From Zootoca vivipara (taxonomy: Eukaryota), in contig NC_083290.1 of the NCBI RefSeq assembly GCF_963506605.1, forward strand, positions 15,314,001 to 15,378,000: 64,000 nucleotides of DNA. Direction: 5' to 3'. Every line of letters begins with the position of its first letter. Position 1 is the first letter of the stretch. Shown piece by piece: positions 12,210 to 22,745 of this stretch. Below the pieces are notes generated by a model. That model worked only from the letters and a program-made list of their open reading frames with translations, made no database searches and had not been told where the DNA came from. The translations under genes were made by a program, and so were the position numbers.

Positions 12210-12336
12210 GCTGATGGGAGTTATAGTCTGAAGCACCTGGGGCTGATGGGAGTTGTAGTCTGAAACACCTGGGGCTGATGGGAGTTGTAGTCTGAAACAC
12301 CTGGGGCTGATGGGAGTTGTGGTCCAGAACATCTGA
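12210..12336. repeat. 32-bp minisatellite (~4 units) inside a hAT MITE
   Basis: GCTGATGGGAGTTGTAGTCTGAAACACCTGGG starts at 12210, 12242, 12274 and 12306. Confidence 0.85.
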
Positions 12337-13068
12337 GGCGAGTGGAATACATGCTCCAAAACATCAGGGGCAATGGGAAGTTGTGGTCTGAAATATCAGA
12401 AGTACCGGGTTGGGGGAAGGCTGGTGCACATGACATCACCCTTCAGAACTGAAACGGGGGCCATCACCACTGAGTTATCATGCACTGTGGTCCCTAGACT
12501 GTCCTGGAGTAGATTTCCTTGTCCACACAGCTCTGGGCTCATTAGAGTCCAGCTGGGCTGGACCAAAGGCCTATCTCCACCTGCATTCCCATGAGGTCCA
12601 GCCAGATACCTCCTGTCAACTGGAGAGACTTTGCATGCAAAGCAGAGTTGGGTGGGGATTTGTTGCTACACCACATAGAGGTAGCAAAATGTTTTTGGAC
12701 ACCACATAAACAGGGAAATGGTTTGCAGAGGCATCCTCAAGCATGACCTGCAATTTAAGACTCTAATTATGGCCCCTAGCCAGCTCCCCCTGCCTGGAAC
12801 TCCTGGTCAAATATGCCCCCCCCGCTGTGTCCCATCAAATATGGCATCAACATTCTGACTCCCTGTACAAATGATATGGGATGGTTGCCATGGAGAGTGG
12901 TACCCTGGTTGCCATGGGAGTCCTGTTATCCCAGCCTCCAAAGATGCTGGGCTGAACAGCCCCCATTTCTGCAATTTCTCAGATCGAAAAAACACAGCCA
13001 ATTTAGGGGACACACACAAAAGACGGCTGTCACGGCACTCAGTAAATTCAGTGCTGAAATGCCATATA

Positions 13069-13484
13069 CAGTGGTACCTCGGTTTATGAACACAATTGGT
13101 TCCGGAAGTCTGTTCATAAACTGAAGCGTTCATAAACTGAAGCGAACTTTCCCATTGAAAGTAATGGAAAGTGGATTAATCCGTTCCAGACGGTCCACGG
13201 AGTAACCGTTCATAAACTGAAGCGAACTTTTCCATTGAAAATAATGGAAAGTGGATTAATCCGTTCCAGACGGGTCCGTGAAGTACTTAAACTGAAGCGT
13301 TCATAAACTGAAACATGGGTGTAATTGGTTCCGGAAGTCTGTTCATAAACTGAAGCGTTCATAAACTGAAGCGAACTTTCCCATTAAAAGTAATGGAAAG
13401 TGAATTAATCCGTTCCAGATGGGTCCGCGGCGTTCATAAATGAAAATTCATAAACCGAGGTGTTCATAAACCGAGGTTCCACTG
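13069..13484. mobile_element. Tc1/mariner MITE with internal tandem amplification
   Basis: TA|CAGTGGTACCTCGG...CCGAGGTTCCACTG|TA; the internal block aactgaagcgaactttcccattgaaagtaatggaaagtggattaatccgttccag occurs three times. Confidence 0.85.
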
Positions 13485-14118
13485 TATATGGCATCCCTAA
13501 AATCCCGAGAGTGTGGCCACGGGAATGAATAGGGGACTGGGCTGCCAGAAGTTGTTATAGAACCATAGAATTGTAGAGTTCTAATCCAATCTCGTGCAAT
13601 GCAGGAATCTTTTGCCCAACGTGCATGGACATAGCCAGGGTGGGCAGGGAGGGGGAAGCTGCCCCCATCAAGTAAATCAATAGAACTGAGGTTCTGCCCC
13701 TCTAACATGAAGCCTGCCCCCCCCCCCAGCAAAAATCCAGATTAAGCCCATGTCGACGTGCGGTTGGAACCCATGAGCCTGGGATCCAGAGTCCCATGCT
13801 CTGCCAACTGAGCTATCCGCTTTTACGGTATTATACCCCACCTTTCCCCCAAACTTGGACTCAAGGCGACTTACACAAATTAAAACGGCATATAGGCACA
13901 AAAACAGAATGCGAAAAGCATGTGGAAGATAAAACACAACTAGCAAAAAACAGCGCAGCACAAGTTAAAAGGCGACTCCTTAAGAAACAGTTCCCCAAAG
14001 CCTGCCGGGGGAAGGACAAGGAGAGAGGCGGTCGAGAGAGGAGGAGCCGGGGAGGAGGCGGCCGCTAATGCTGCTGCTCTGGGGCAGCCACTGACTCGCG
14101 GAGGGGCGGATATCGGAC

Positions 14119-14247
14119 ATGGCTGATGACCGCGCAGACAGCAGCCGCCTAGCCGAGGTTCAGCGCCGCGTCGCCCAGGTGCACCACGAAGGCGATCCGG
14201 AGCAGCAGCTCCGTTTCTACGACGGCTGGGCCCCGGAATACGAAGAG
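14119..14247 (+). CDS. METTL27: Methyltransferase-like 27 (WBSCR27), coding exon 1
   Basis: MADDRADSSRLAEVQRRVAQVHHEGDPEQQLRFYDGWAPEYEE, with the FYDxWAPxY motif. 129 bp, donor GAG|gt at 14248, GC-rich start. Confidence 0.9.
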
Positions 14248-14347
14248 GTTACTACTACTCCACCCCCTCCTTACCCCGCTTCGCTTCCGCCCGTAGTTCG
14301 TCCCCTCTGCCTCCTGGGAGCTTTCTTCCCTTGCATTCCCTAAGGAC

Positions 14348-14456
14348 AAAATAAAAAACATTCTTTCCAGTAGCACCTTAGAGACCAACTAAGTTTGTTT
14401 GGAAGGATTTTTTTAATATTTTGATTCGACTACGGCAGACCAACACGGCTACCTAC
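14348..14456. mobile_element. Penelope-like remnant lacking the hammerhead core, METTL27 intron 1
   Basis: ccagtagcaccttagagaccaactaagttt followed by ttcgactacggcagaccaacacggctacctac, as in the other copies. Confidence 0.65.
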
Positions 14457-15289
14457 AAGCACACCCTTTTCTCCACTCATCTCCCATGTACTAAGAACTT
14501 GCTGGATTCAGCCAATGACCCATGTGGTCTAGCATCCTGTTCTTACAGCAGACACCCAGATGCCCCAATGAAAAACCCTCAAGCAGGACCTGAGCACAAG
14601 TGTCCTATCCTGTGGTTTCCAGAAACTGGTATTCAGAAGCATCGCAGCCTCTGACTCTGGAAGCAGAGCCATAGATCTCTCTTCCATGAATTCCTCCAAT
14701 CCTTTCTTTAAAGCCATCCAAGTTGGTGGCCCTCACTGCTTCCTGTGGCAGTGAGTTCCATAGTTTAACTATGCCTTCTGTGAAGGATTTTCTTTTCTCT
14801 ATCCTGAAACTTCCAACATTTGGTTTCCTTGGGTGTCTATGATTAGGCGAGAGGGAAGAAAACTTTCCTCTGTCCATTCTCTATCCTATAAACGCCTAAT
14901 CGTGTCTCTTCTGGCTCACATTTTCTCTAGACTGAAAAGTCCGAAACGCTGGTAGCTTTTGCTCCACCTTGCCAGCCGCTCCCCAGGCCCAACCTGTTTG
15001 GGGCAAGGAGGATTTTATTACCGCAAATGTCTCCATCTCAGCCAAGGTTCCCTGGAGCTGGGAAGAGCCCAAGATACCGTACCTGCTCTCCAACTGCCCT
15101 GGAATACCTGGAGCAATAAAATTGGGGTGGCAGGGGGAACTGAATGTTCTCTTCAGATGTGAAAAGGCCAAAAGTACAATTCCTAGCAGAGCCATAAGTT
15201 CTGTGTGTGACAAACCTTCCTTATACTTCCTGCAGCCAACACGATATTTTATTAAACGTATGCTGCAAGGGGTTAAAAGTACCCATGCC

Positions 15290-15640
15290 AGGAGGTTGGA
15301 AAAGGTTCAGAAAGAGGCCACCAAAATGCTACAGGGGATGGAACAACTTCCCTATGAAGAATGGTTGCAGCATTTGCAACTTTTTAGTTTGGAGAAAAGG
15401 CAGGTAAAAGCTGACATGATAGGAGTTTATAAAATTACACAGGTCCAGGAGTAAGTGAGTAGAGGAAAGTTTGCCTCCCTCTCTCATAGCACTAGAACTT
15501 GTGGACCAGTGAAGGCAAATATTCGGAGATTCAGGACTCGTCAAAGAAAGGACTTCTTCAGGCAATGCATGGTTAGACTATGGAACTCCCTCCCACAGGA
15601 GGCAGCAGTGGGCACCAACTTGGATGGCTTTAAAGGAGGC
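15290..15640 (+). mobile_element. CR1 LINE fragment
   Basis: LEKVQKEATKMLQGMEQLPYEEWLQHLQLFSLEKR; RFRT...FF...VRLWNSLP. Confidence 0.85.
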
Positions 15641-16076
15641 AGTAATGCTTCTGAATTCAGCCCAGACACTGAGGTCCAGCTGCGAGGGCCTTCTGGTGGT
15701 TCCCTCGGCACTGCGAGAAGTCGAATGCCCTCCCCTCAGATATCGAGATAAATGACTATGCAACTTTTAGAAGACATCTGAAGGCAGCCCTATATAGGAG
15801 GGTTTTTTTGAACATTTGATGTTTTATTATGTTTTTTTTATATCTGTTGGAAGCAACCCAGTCAGATGGGTGGAGTACAAACTAATAATAGCAACAACAA
15901 CAACAACAACAACCTGTTGCTGGAAACCACAGAAGGGGGAGGGGGCTCATGTGTTTGTGTTGGCCACTGTAAGAACAGGATGCTGGACCAGATAGGCCAT
16001 TAGCCTGATCCATTGGGCTCTACTTATGAAGTTCGGTCCCCACCCTGTTCCTGACTAGACCTCTTTTCCCCTGTAG

Positions 16077-16205
16077 GATGTTGCTGTCTTGCAGTATCAA
16101 GCCCCTCGACTGGCTGCTGCCTGTTTGGCCTCTGTTTTCCAGGAACCCCTCCAGGACGCTCTAGTGCTCGATGTGGCCTGTGGCACGGGACTAGTGGCCA
16201 AGGAG
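16077..16205 (+). CDS. METTL27: METTL27 coding exon 2 (SAM-binding motif I)
   Basis: ttttcccctgtag|GATGTT...; DVAVLQYQAPRLAAACLASVFQEPLQDALVLDVACGTGLVAKE; donor GAG|gtaact; 129 bp, phase 0. Confidence 0.95.
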
Positions 16206-16464
16206 GTAACTGGGGTGCCCCAGCCCAATCTCAGCAGAGGGCACCGTGGGGGTGTGTCTCCACCTGTGTCTTTGGCCAGGCCTGGGGGCCGTCAGCTGAT
16301 GTATCAAGTTATTTGGGGCACAGTGATCTCACCCTGCTGTGAACTGCCCCAATTTGATGGTGCTCTCGTCTCTGGTGTAGCAGATCAGGGAAAGGCGGGC
16401 ATCTTAGGAAGGCTGCCACTTGAGTCATGGGTCTTATTTCATTGAATCTAGTTTTTAATGGCTG

Positions 16465-16815
16465 AAAGGTAAAGGTAAAGGGACCCCTGACCGTTAGGTC
16501 CAGTCGTGGACGACTCTGGGGTTGCAGTGCTCATCTCGCTTTATTGGCTGAGGGAGTTGGCGTACAGCTTCTGGGTCATGTGGCCAACATGACAAAGCCG
16601 CTTCTAGCAAACCAGAGCAGTGCACGGAAACGCCGTTTACCTTCCCACTTGAAGCGATACGTATTTATCTACTTGCACTTTGACGTGCTTTCGAACTGCT
16701 AGGTTGGCAGGAGTAGGGACCGAGCAACAGGAGCTCACCCCGTCGCAGGAATTCAAACTGCCGACCTTCCGATTGGCAAGGCCTAGGCTCTGTGGTTTAG
16801 ACCACAGCGCCACCC
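16465..16815 (-). mobile_element. Sauria SINE
   Basis: Same consensus with (TTTACC)n tail; flanked by TTTTAATGG. Confidence 0.9.
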
Positions 16816-16974
16816 ACTCCTTTATTTTAATGGATTAGGAGGTTCATTAATATTTTTGTGCTGCTGTTAGGAGTTGATCCATCGGTTAAACTTGGGCAGG
16901 GAATATTTTGCAGCCCGGGGGCCACATCCCCTGTGGAGGCAGAGCATAGACATTGTGGTCAGTAGCCATTTAAA

Positions 16975-17317
16975 AGGTAAAGGGACCATTTAAAAGGTAA
17001 AACGTGACCAACTCTGGGGTTGCGGTGCTCATCTCGCGTTATTGGCCTAGGGAGCCGGCGTACAGCTTCAGGTCATGTGGCCAGCATGACAAAGCCGCTT
17101 CTGGTGAACGAAAGCAGCACACGGTAACACCGTTTACCTTCCCGCTGTAGCGGTACCTATTTATCTACTTGCACTTTGACGTGCTTTCGAACTGCTAGGT
17201 TGGCAGGAGCTGAGACCGAGCAACGAGAGCTCACCCCGTCGCAGGGATTCAAACCGCCGACCTTCTGATCAGCAAGCCCTAGGCTCTGTGGTTTAACCCA
17301 CAGCGCCACCTGCGTCC
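16975..17317 (-). mobile_element. Sauria SINE
   Basis: Same consensus; flanked by CCATTTAAA. Confidence 0.9.
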
Positions 17318-17952
17318 CCATTTAAACCCTTATTATCCTCCACGATTTTGTCTAGTCCTCTTTTAAAGTATCCAAGTTGGTAGCTATCCCTGTCTCCAGT
17401 CGGAGAGAGTTCTGTTAGAATGTCAGAGGAGCCAACTGGGTCTGCCCAATAGCCCATCTAGCATGGTATTCTGTTCTCACCGTGGCTGACCAGGTGTCTG
17501 TTGGAAACCTGCAAGCAGGATCTGAGCACTAAAACACTCTCCCCTCTTGTGGTTTCTAGCAACTGGTACTCAGAAGGCTGTGCTTATATTGTCCAAAATC
17601 AGTTTGAAGTCCATAGGATTATATAATTTTCTTAATTTTTCACCTGGCAATATATTGCAAATCATGAGATGTTTGTGTAAATCACGGGAAAAACTGTGAA
17701 GCCAGCCAATGCCTCTACAGAGCTCCATCCTTTATTCAGACATTGTGATATACTGTATCGGTATATCACGATGTTTAGCTGGTGATCTATTGTGATGTTG
17801 AAAACCAGATATTGCCCAGCTACCCCGACACCATCCCCATCTGGGTCCTGCGGGTGTCGCTTGTGGTGTCCAGTAAGCTCGCGTTTGATTGGCAGGCAGG
17901 AGTGGGTGTGGTTCTGGGCTGATGTCATGCGACTTAAGCTGCACCTTCTAAG

Positions 17953-18088
17953 TTGCAGGCAAAAGGTTTCTGCTGCCTCCACGGCCTGGATGGCAGTCAG
18001 GGGATGCTGGAACACGCGTGTCGCAAGGGGATCTACCAGGATCTGAAGAGGTGCCTCTTGGGGCAGGAAGCCTTACCAGCTCCTGAAG
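17953..18088 (+). CDS. METTL27: METTL27 coding exon 3
   Basis: LQAKGFCCLHGLDGSQGMLEHACRKGIYQDLKRCLLGQEALPAPE (motif II GxDGS.GML). Acceptor ttctaag|, donor G|gtaaca, 136 bp. Confidence 0.92.
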
Positions 18089-18865
18089 GTAACAGGGCCA
18101 AGGGGTGCATCACTTCCTGAGAAATGGGTTGAGTGGGTGTGGCTTAGGGTGCAGGGGGTGAGGCTGGGATGGACAAGGCGATGCTGCTGCTTCTTTCCTG
18201 CATTGACCTCTGGAACTCTCCCCGAAGGATCTGCTGCATCGTCTGGGGCTACTCCGAGAATGACAATAGTCTGTCACTTGTCAGGTGTGGGTCAGCAATA
18301 AATCACATGGAGCAAGTGAAGTTAACTCTTTATGAGAAGAAACAAGGTCTGCTCAGTAGTGCCAGGCCTAATGAGCACAGCAAGTAGATCTTGCCCCTAC
18401 GAGTCAGTTGTGGGGACTGAAGGTCCCTGCCTTCCCACAGCTGGCTAAACCTCCTCCTCTCCCGGGTCCTTCCCAAGCAATCTGAGACTCCGCCAGTGCA
18501 TCCGTCTCTACTCCTCCCTCTTCATACCTCTTATGGTTCCGGGAGACCAGAGGGGAAGGGAGCTGGTTGCAGCAGGAGGGGAAGACACCTGTGCCTCTTA
18601 ACCAACCTGCCTGGTGTCTGCCTCTTGGCCTCCCTCCTCTCCTGCTTCAGCTTCTGTCTCTGATTCTGGACTTCTCTCTGCCACAGACTCTTCCTGTTCA
18701 CTAAACCCTGTTACCTCTTCAGCTTCTGACACCACCTCATCCCAGTCTTCCCCCCTTCTCCCTCTGAGCACTCAGCATAATCCCACCCCCAATCCCCTGG
18801 CTCTGAGCCTTCTTCCCTGGGGAGTTCCCCAGCTGGTTCCTCCCACCATTCCTCTGCATCTAGCC

Positions 18866-19001
18866 CAGGCTTCCTCCACCTCGGCCCTCCAGATGTTTTT
18901 GGCCTACAACTCCCATGATCCCTAGCTAGCAGGACCAGTGGTCAGGGATGATGGGAATTGTAGTCTCAAAACATCTGGAGGGCCGAGGTTGAGGAAGCCT
19001 G
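18866..19001. mobile_element. ~136-bp hAT MITE (CAGGC...GCCTG)
   Basis: Palindromic ccctccagatgtttt...aaaacatctggaggg; TSD ATCTAGC(C/G). Confidence 0.8.
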
Positions 19002-19180
19002 ATCTAGCGAGTCCATTATCACTTGAGACCCAAGTGGGATCAGTAATGCAGAGTGTCGTTTTCTCAGTTCTGTCTGGTTTGCCAGTGCAAACTGTTCCTG
19101 GGCACTGTCGTTCATGCTGTAGCAAAAACAAAATGACAACCTCCCCAATCTGGACTGCTCTAATTCTCTCTACATGGGGC

Positions 19181-19525
19181 CATAGCTGCCAAGTCTCCCG
19201 TTTTCCCCGGGAAACCCCCGTTTTCCCAGCTGTCCCCAGCTGAAAAAATTGATTTTTTTGTTTTCCCCCGGTTTATTCTGGTGTGGCGGCCATTTTGGAA
19301 CTGGGCGGAGCATGCTCAGAAGCGACTTTTGGTGCTGCTCTGCCCAGTTCCAAAATGGCTGCAGCGCGACTTCTGGTGCGGCGGCCATTTTGGAACTGGG
19401 CACAGCAGCATCAAAAGTCACTTCTGAGCATGCTCTGCCCAGTTCCAAAATGGCTGCCGCGCTACTTCCGGTATGCTACTTCCAGTCCGGTCCCTTATTT
19501 TTCAGAGAGGAACTTGGCAGGTATG
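19181..19525. mobile_element. 345-bp hAT non-autonomous element with the same TIR
   Basis: CATAGCTGCCAAGT...ACTTGGCAGGTATG; 8-bp TSD CATGGGGC; internal direct and inverted GCCATTTTGGAACTGGGC repeats. Confidence 0.85.
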
Positions 19526-19704
19526 CATGGGGCTGCCCTTGAAGATGGCTTGGAGACTGCAGCTGCTTTTCTGCACATGTTATACCTGTCCTTACAGACC
19601 TGTTCCATTTGCCTGTTCATCCCTGAGCCCCAATTCAAAGTGTTAGGCTATTTTTTAAATTTTAAAAATACAAATAAATAACCAGTGCTGTTGCTTCTGA
19701 CCAG

Positions 19705-19797
19705 GGTGCTATGATGCTGTTCTGATCGTGGGAGCGCTCAGCAAGGGACAGGTGCCCACCAGCGTGGTTCCGGAGTTGCTTCGTGTCACCAGGCCAG
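19705..19797 (+). CDS. METTL27: METTL27 coding exon 4
   Basis: ccag|GG TGC TAT GAT...; (G)CYDAVLIVGALSKGQVPTSVVPELLRVTRP(G); donor G|gtgggg; 93 bp, phases fit exons 3 and 5. Confidence 0.93.
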
Positions 19798-19889
19798 GTG
19801 GGGCTTTTGCAGGAGATGCCCTGTTGCAGTGGGGGTTGTGTGTGTGAAGCATCACCTAGGTCCATCACTGTTCATCACTGGAATGTGTG

Positions 19890-20290
19890 CAGAGGAGAAG
19901 CGACCGAGAGGATCAAGGGCCTGGGAAATTAGCCTGATTAGGAACAGTTGAGGGAGTTGGGTCTCTTTAGCCCGGAGAAAAGAAGACTGAGAGGTGATAG
20001 GATAACCGTCTTCCAATCCCTGAAGGGCTGTCACATGGAAGATGCAGCAAGCTTGCTTCTGCTGCTCCAGTGCGGAGGACCCAAACCAATGCCTTCAAAT
20101 GGCAAGGAAGGTGATCCCTACTAAATATTAGGAAGAACGTCCTGACAGCTAGAGCTGTTTGGCAGCGGAATGGGCTCCTTTGGAAGGTGATGGAATCTCC
20201 TTCAAGGGGGGGGGGGTTAAACAGAGGTTGGGTGGAGGTCTGTCAGGGATTCTTCAGCTGTGATTCCTGCACTGCAAGCGGTTGGGCTGA
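19890..20290 (+). mobile_element. Degenerate CR1 3' fragment
   Basis: gagaaaagaagactgagaggtgatag..., ctaaatattaggaagaac. Confidence 0.75.
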
Positions 20291-21265
20291 TCCACCAAGG
20301 GAGCACCCATGAATCTGTGGCCGCTAGATGGTGCTGGGGGACCTTTTTAACCAGCCGCAGCTAAGGAGATCTACTCCAGTGGAGCTGGGGAAGAGGAATA
20401 CTGGTAGTTCGCTTGGATTTGGTTGTTCGAAAAAGACTTCCTTGAATTCAGACAAGTCACATTGAACCACCTTTAAGCCCCTCCCGTGCTCTTCAAGTGA
20501 ATGTATGAAAGGCAGAAATGCCTTTTAACGTGTTTATATTGGAGTTTTTAAAACGGTTTTGACAGCCAGGAGTGAGGATTGACAGCCATGTTTCTTAAAT
20601 TTTGTTGTGGGATTTTGGGGTTGGGTTTTTGTTTTTTTTGTAAATGCGCTGTCCCTGAAATTCATGTTCAGTCCTCCACCACTTTCCCCGCAGGATTGGA
20701 CACATTTAGCAATGGTTCCCTGCTTCCCCCACCCCCCGCCCTCCACATTTCCATTCTGAAAGTCAGGATCAATCCATCCACTGGTTGAATGTCAGGGGCG
20801 GGTGCCAGGACTCACAGGTCACCAATTTATCACGTGGCATCAATGAAGCTAACTCCTTATTCATGCCGACTCTTCCCCAGGGTCTTTTTCAAGCGATCTG
20901 AGACTCTGTCAGTGTCTATCTATGCTCCACCCTCTTAACACCTCTTCTGGTTCTGGGAGACCAGGGGCAGGGAGCTGGTCAAGTCATAGCAGGAGGGAGA
21001 GACCCACTGGCTTCTTCACCAGCCTGCCTCATCTCTGCTTTTGCCCCTGGAAGTGTGATGGAGAGAGGCCGTCTTCGTTTAGCCAGTGCAGATTTCCTTC
21101 TACCTCCCTTCATCCTGTCCTCCAACGAATCTGTCCAGATGAGGATTTTTTTTTTTTTGGCCAGTTTCACCAATGCTTGTGCGGGGAGGGGAGGAGTGTG
21201 GATAAGCCCCTGTGATGCTGACAGGGCTTTCCCTGGACCTGACCAACGGCCTCCTTTCATAACAG

Positions 21266-21489
21266 GGGGCTACGTGTGCCTGACCACCCGGAGCAACACG
21301 GGCAACCTGGAATATAAGGCCCAACTTCAGCAAGTCCTGAACGAGCTGGAGCAGCGGGGAATGTGGCGAAAAGTCGTGGAGCAGGAAGTCGAGGCGTGGG
21401 AACGGGCGACATCGGAGAAGGAGTCTGCACAAGGTCTGGAGTATATCCCTGGCGTGGTGTACCTGTATCAAAAGAACCCTGTCTTGTGA
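21266..21489 (+). CDS. METTL27: METTL27 final coding exon
   Basis: ttcataacag|GG GGC TAC...; GYVCLTTRSNTGNLEYKAQLQQVLNELEQRGMW...YQKNPVL*; AATAAA at 21566-21571. Joined CDS is 711 nt, 236 aa. Confidence 0.93.
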
Positions 21490-22745
21490 GGAAAACCTGC
21501 CTTTCCTTTACTTGTGGAGAGACCCCTCAAGGCTGGAATTTTGCTGTCCAATGGGCGGAGCATTGAATAAAGCAGTCTGTGCCTTTGAGCATGTGCAGAG
21601 TGCCTTTGGACACTAAATAGTCACCCTGAAACCTCCCCACCCCCACCCCCACCCCAGGCTTGTGCTTCTATGGCCTTGGGACCTTAATATAGCTTAAAGG
21701 CAAATTTCCCTAGGCTGGCCTTTTCCAACTTGGTACATACACACATAGACGTCGTTTTGGACTACAACTCCCATCAACCCCAGCTAGGACAGGCAGATTT
21801 CGGTTTTTCACTAGGTCAGCCTTCCCTCAACCTTCTGCAGTGGCTCAGATTCAGAACGTGGCGGTAGAAATTGGGTTCAGTTTGCATTTAAAGCCCAGCT
21901 TATCGATGTCGCGTTTTCCAAAACAGTGAGAACCGAAGCACAGCTATCCTTAGAAACCTGCACTTCTCTGAGTTTTGCAATGAAGCCATGGCTTTCTCCC
22001 AAAGAATTATGGGAGCTGTAGTTTGTTAAGGGTGCTAAGAGTTGCTGGGAGAGGCCCCTATTCCCCTTTCCCAGAGCTACAACTCCCAGAGCGGTTTAAC
22101 AGTCAACCTCTCTTCCCTGGGAACTATAGTTCTCTGAGGGGAATTGGAGGTCACCCAACAATTGTCTGGACTCATAACGAACCAAAATTCCCAGTATTCT
22201 TTGCGGGAAGCCACGAGAGTTTAATGTGGTATTGTAGTTCTTTAAATAAATTGTATGAATGGGGCATGGGGTTTCTGAGCAAAATCAGTTTTCGGTGCAA
22301 TAAAAGGAAGTGTGTGGTGGTGAGGTTTTTCCCTTCATTGTTCCTCATTTGTAGCTCAGGCAATATACGCTTTGTTAGTTTGGCCCTGGTATTGCTTCTC
22401 CTAGCAACCAAAATAAGCAAACTTTTGTAGCTGGAAGAATACCTGGTTAAGGATCTTAAAAATGAACAGGAGAGCGGAGAGTCATTGAGAAGGCAAGGAG
22501 GGCACCAGCCTTAAGAACATAAATGGAGCCTGCTGGATCAGGCCAATGGCCCATCTAGTCCAGCATCCTGTCCTCACTGTGGCTGAACAAATCCCTGAGG
22601 GAAAAGCTGAGAGCAGGATTTGACCACAAGAGCCCTTTACCCCTCCTGTGGTTTCCAGAAAAGGGTATTCAGAGGGTTTACTGCCTCAAACTGGGGACGA
22701 AGAGTATAGTCATCATGGCTAGTAGCCACTGATAGCCCTTTCCTT

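Noticed and set aside
13069-13484. CRISPR-like repeat pattern
   Set aside because: Eukaryotic DNA with no unique spacers; it is an internal duplication of a MITE.
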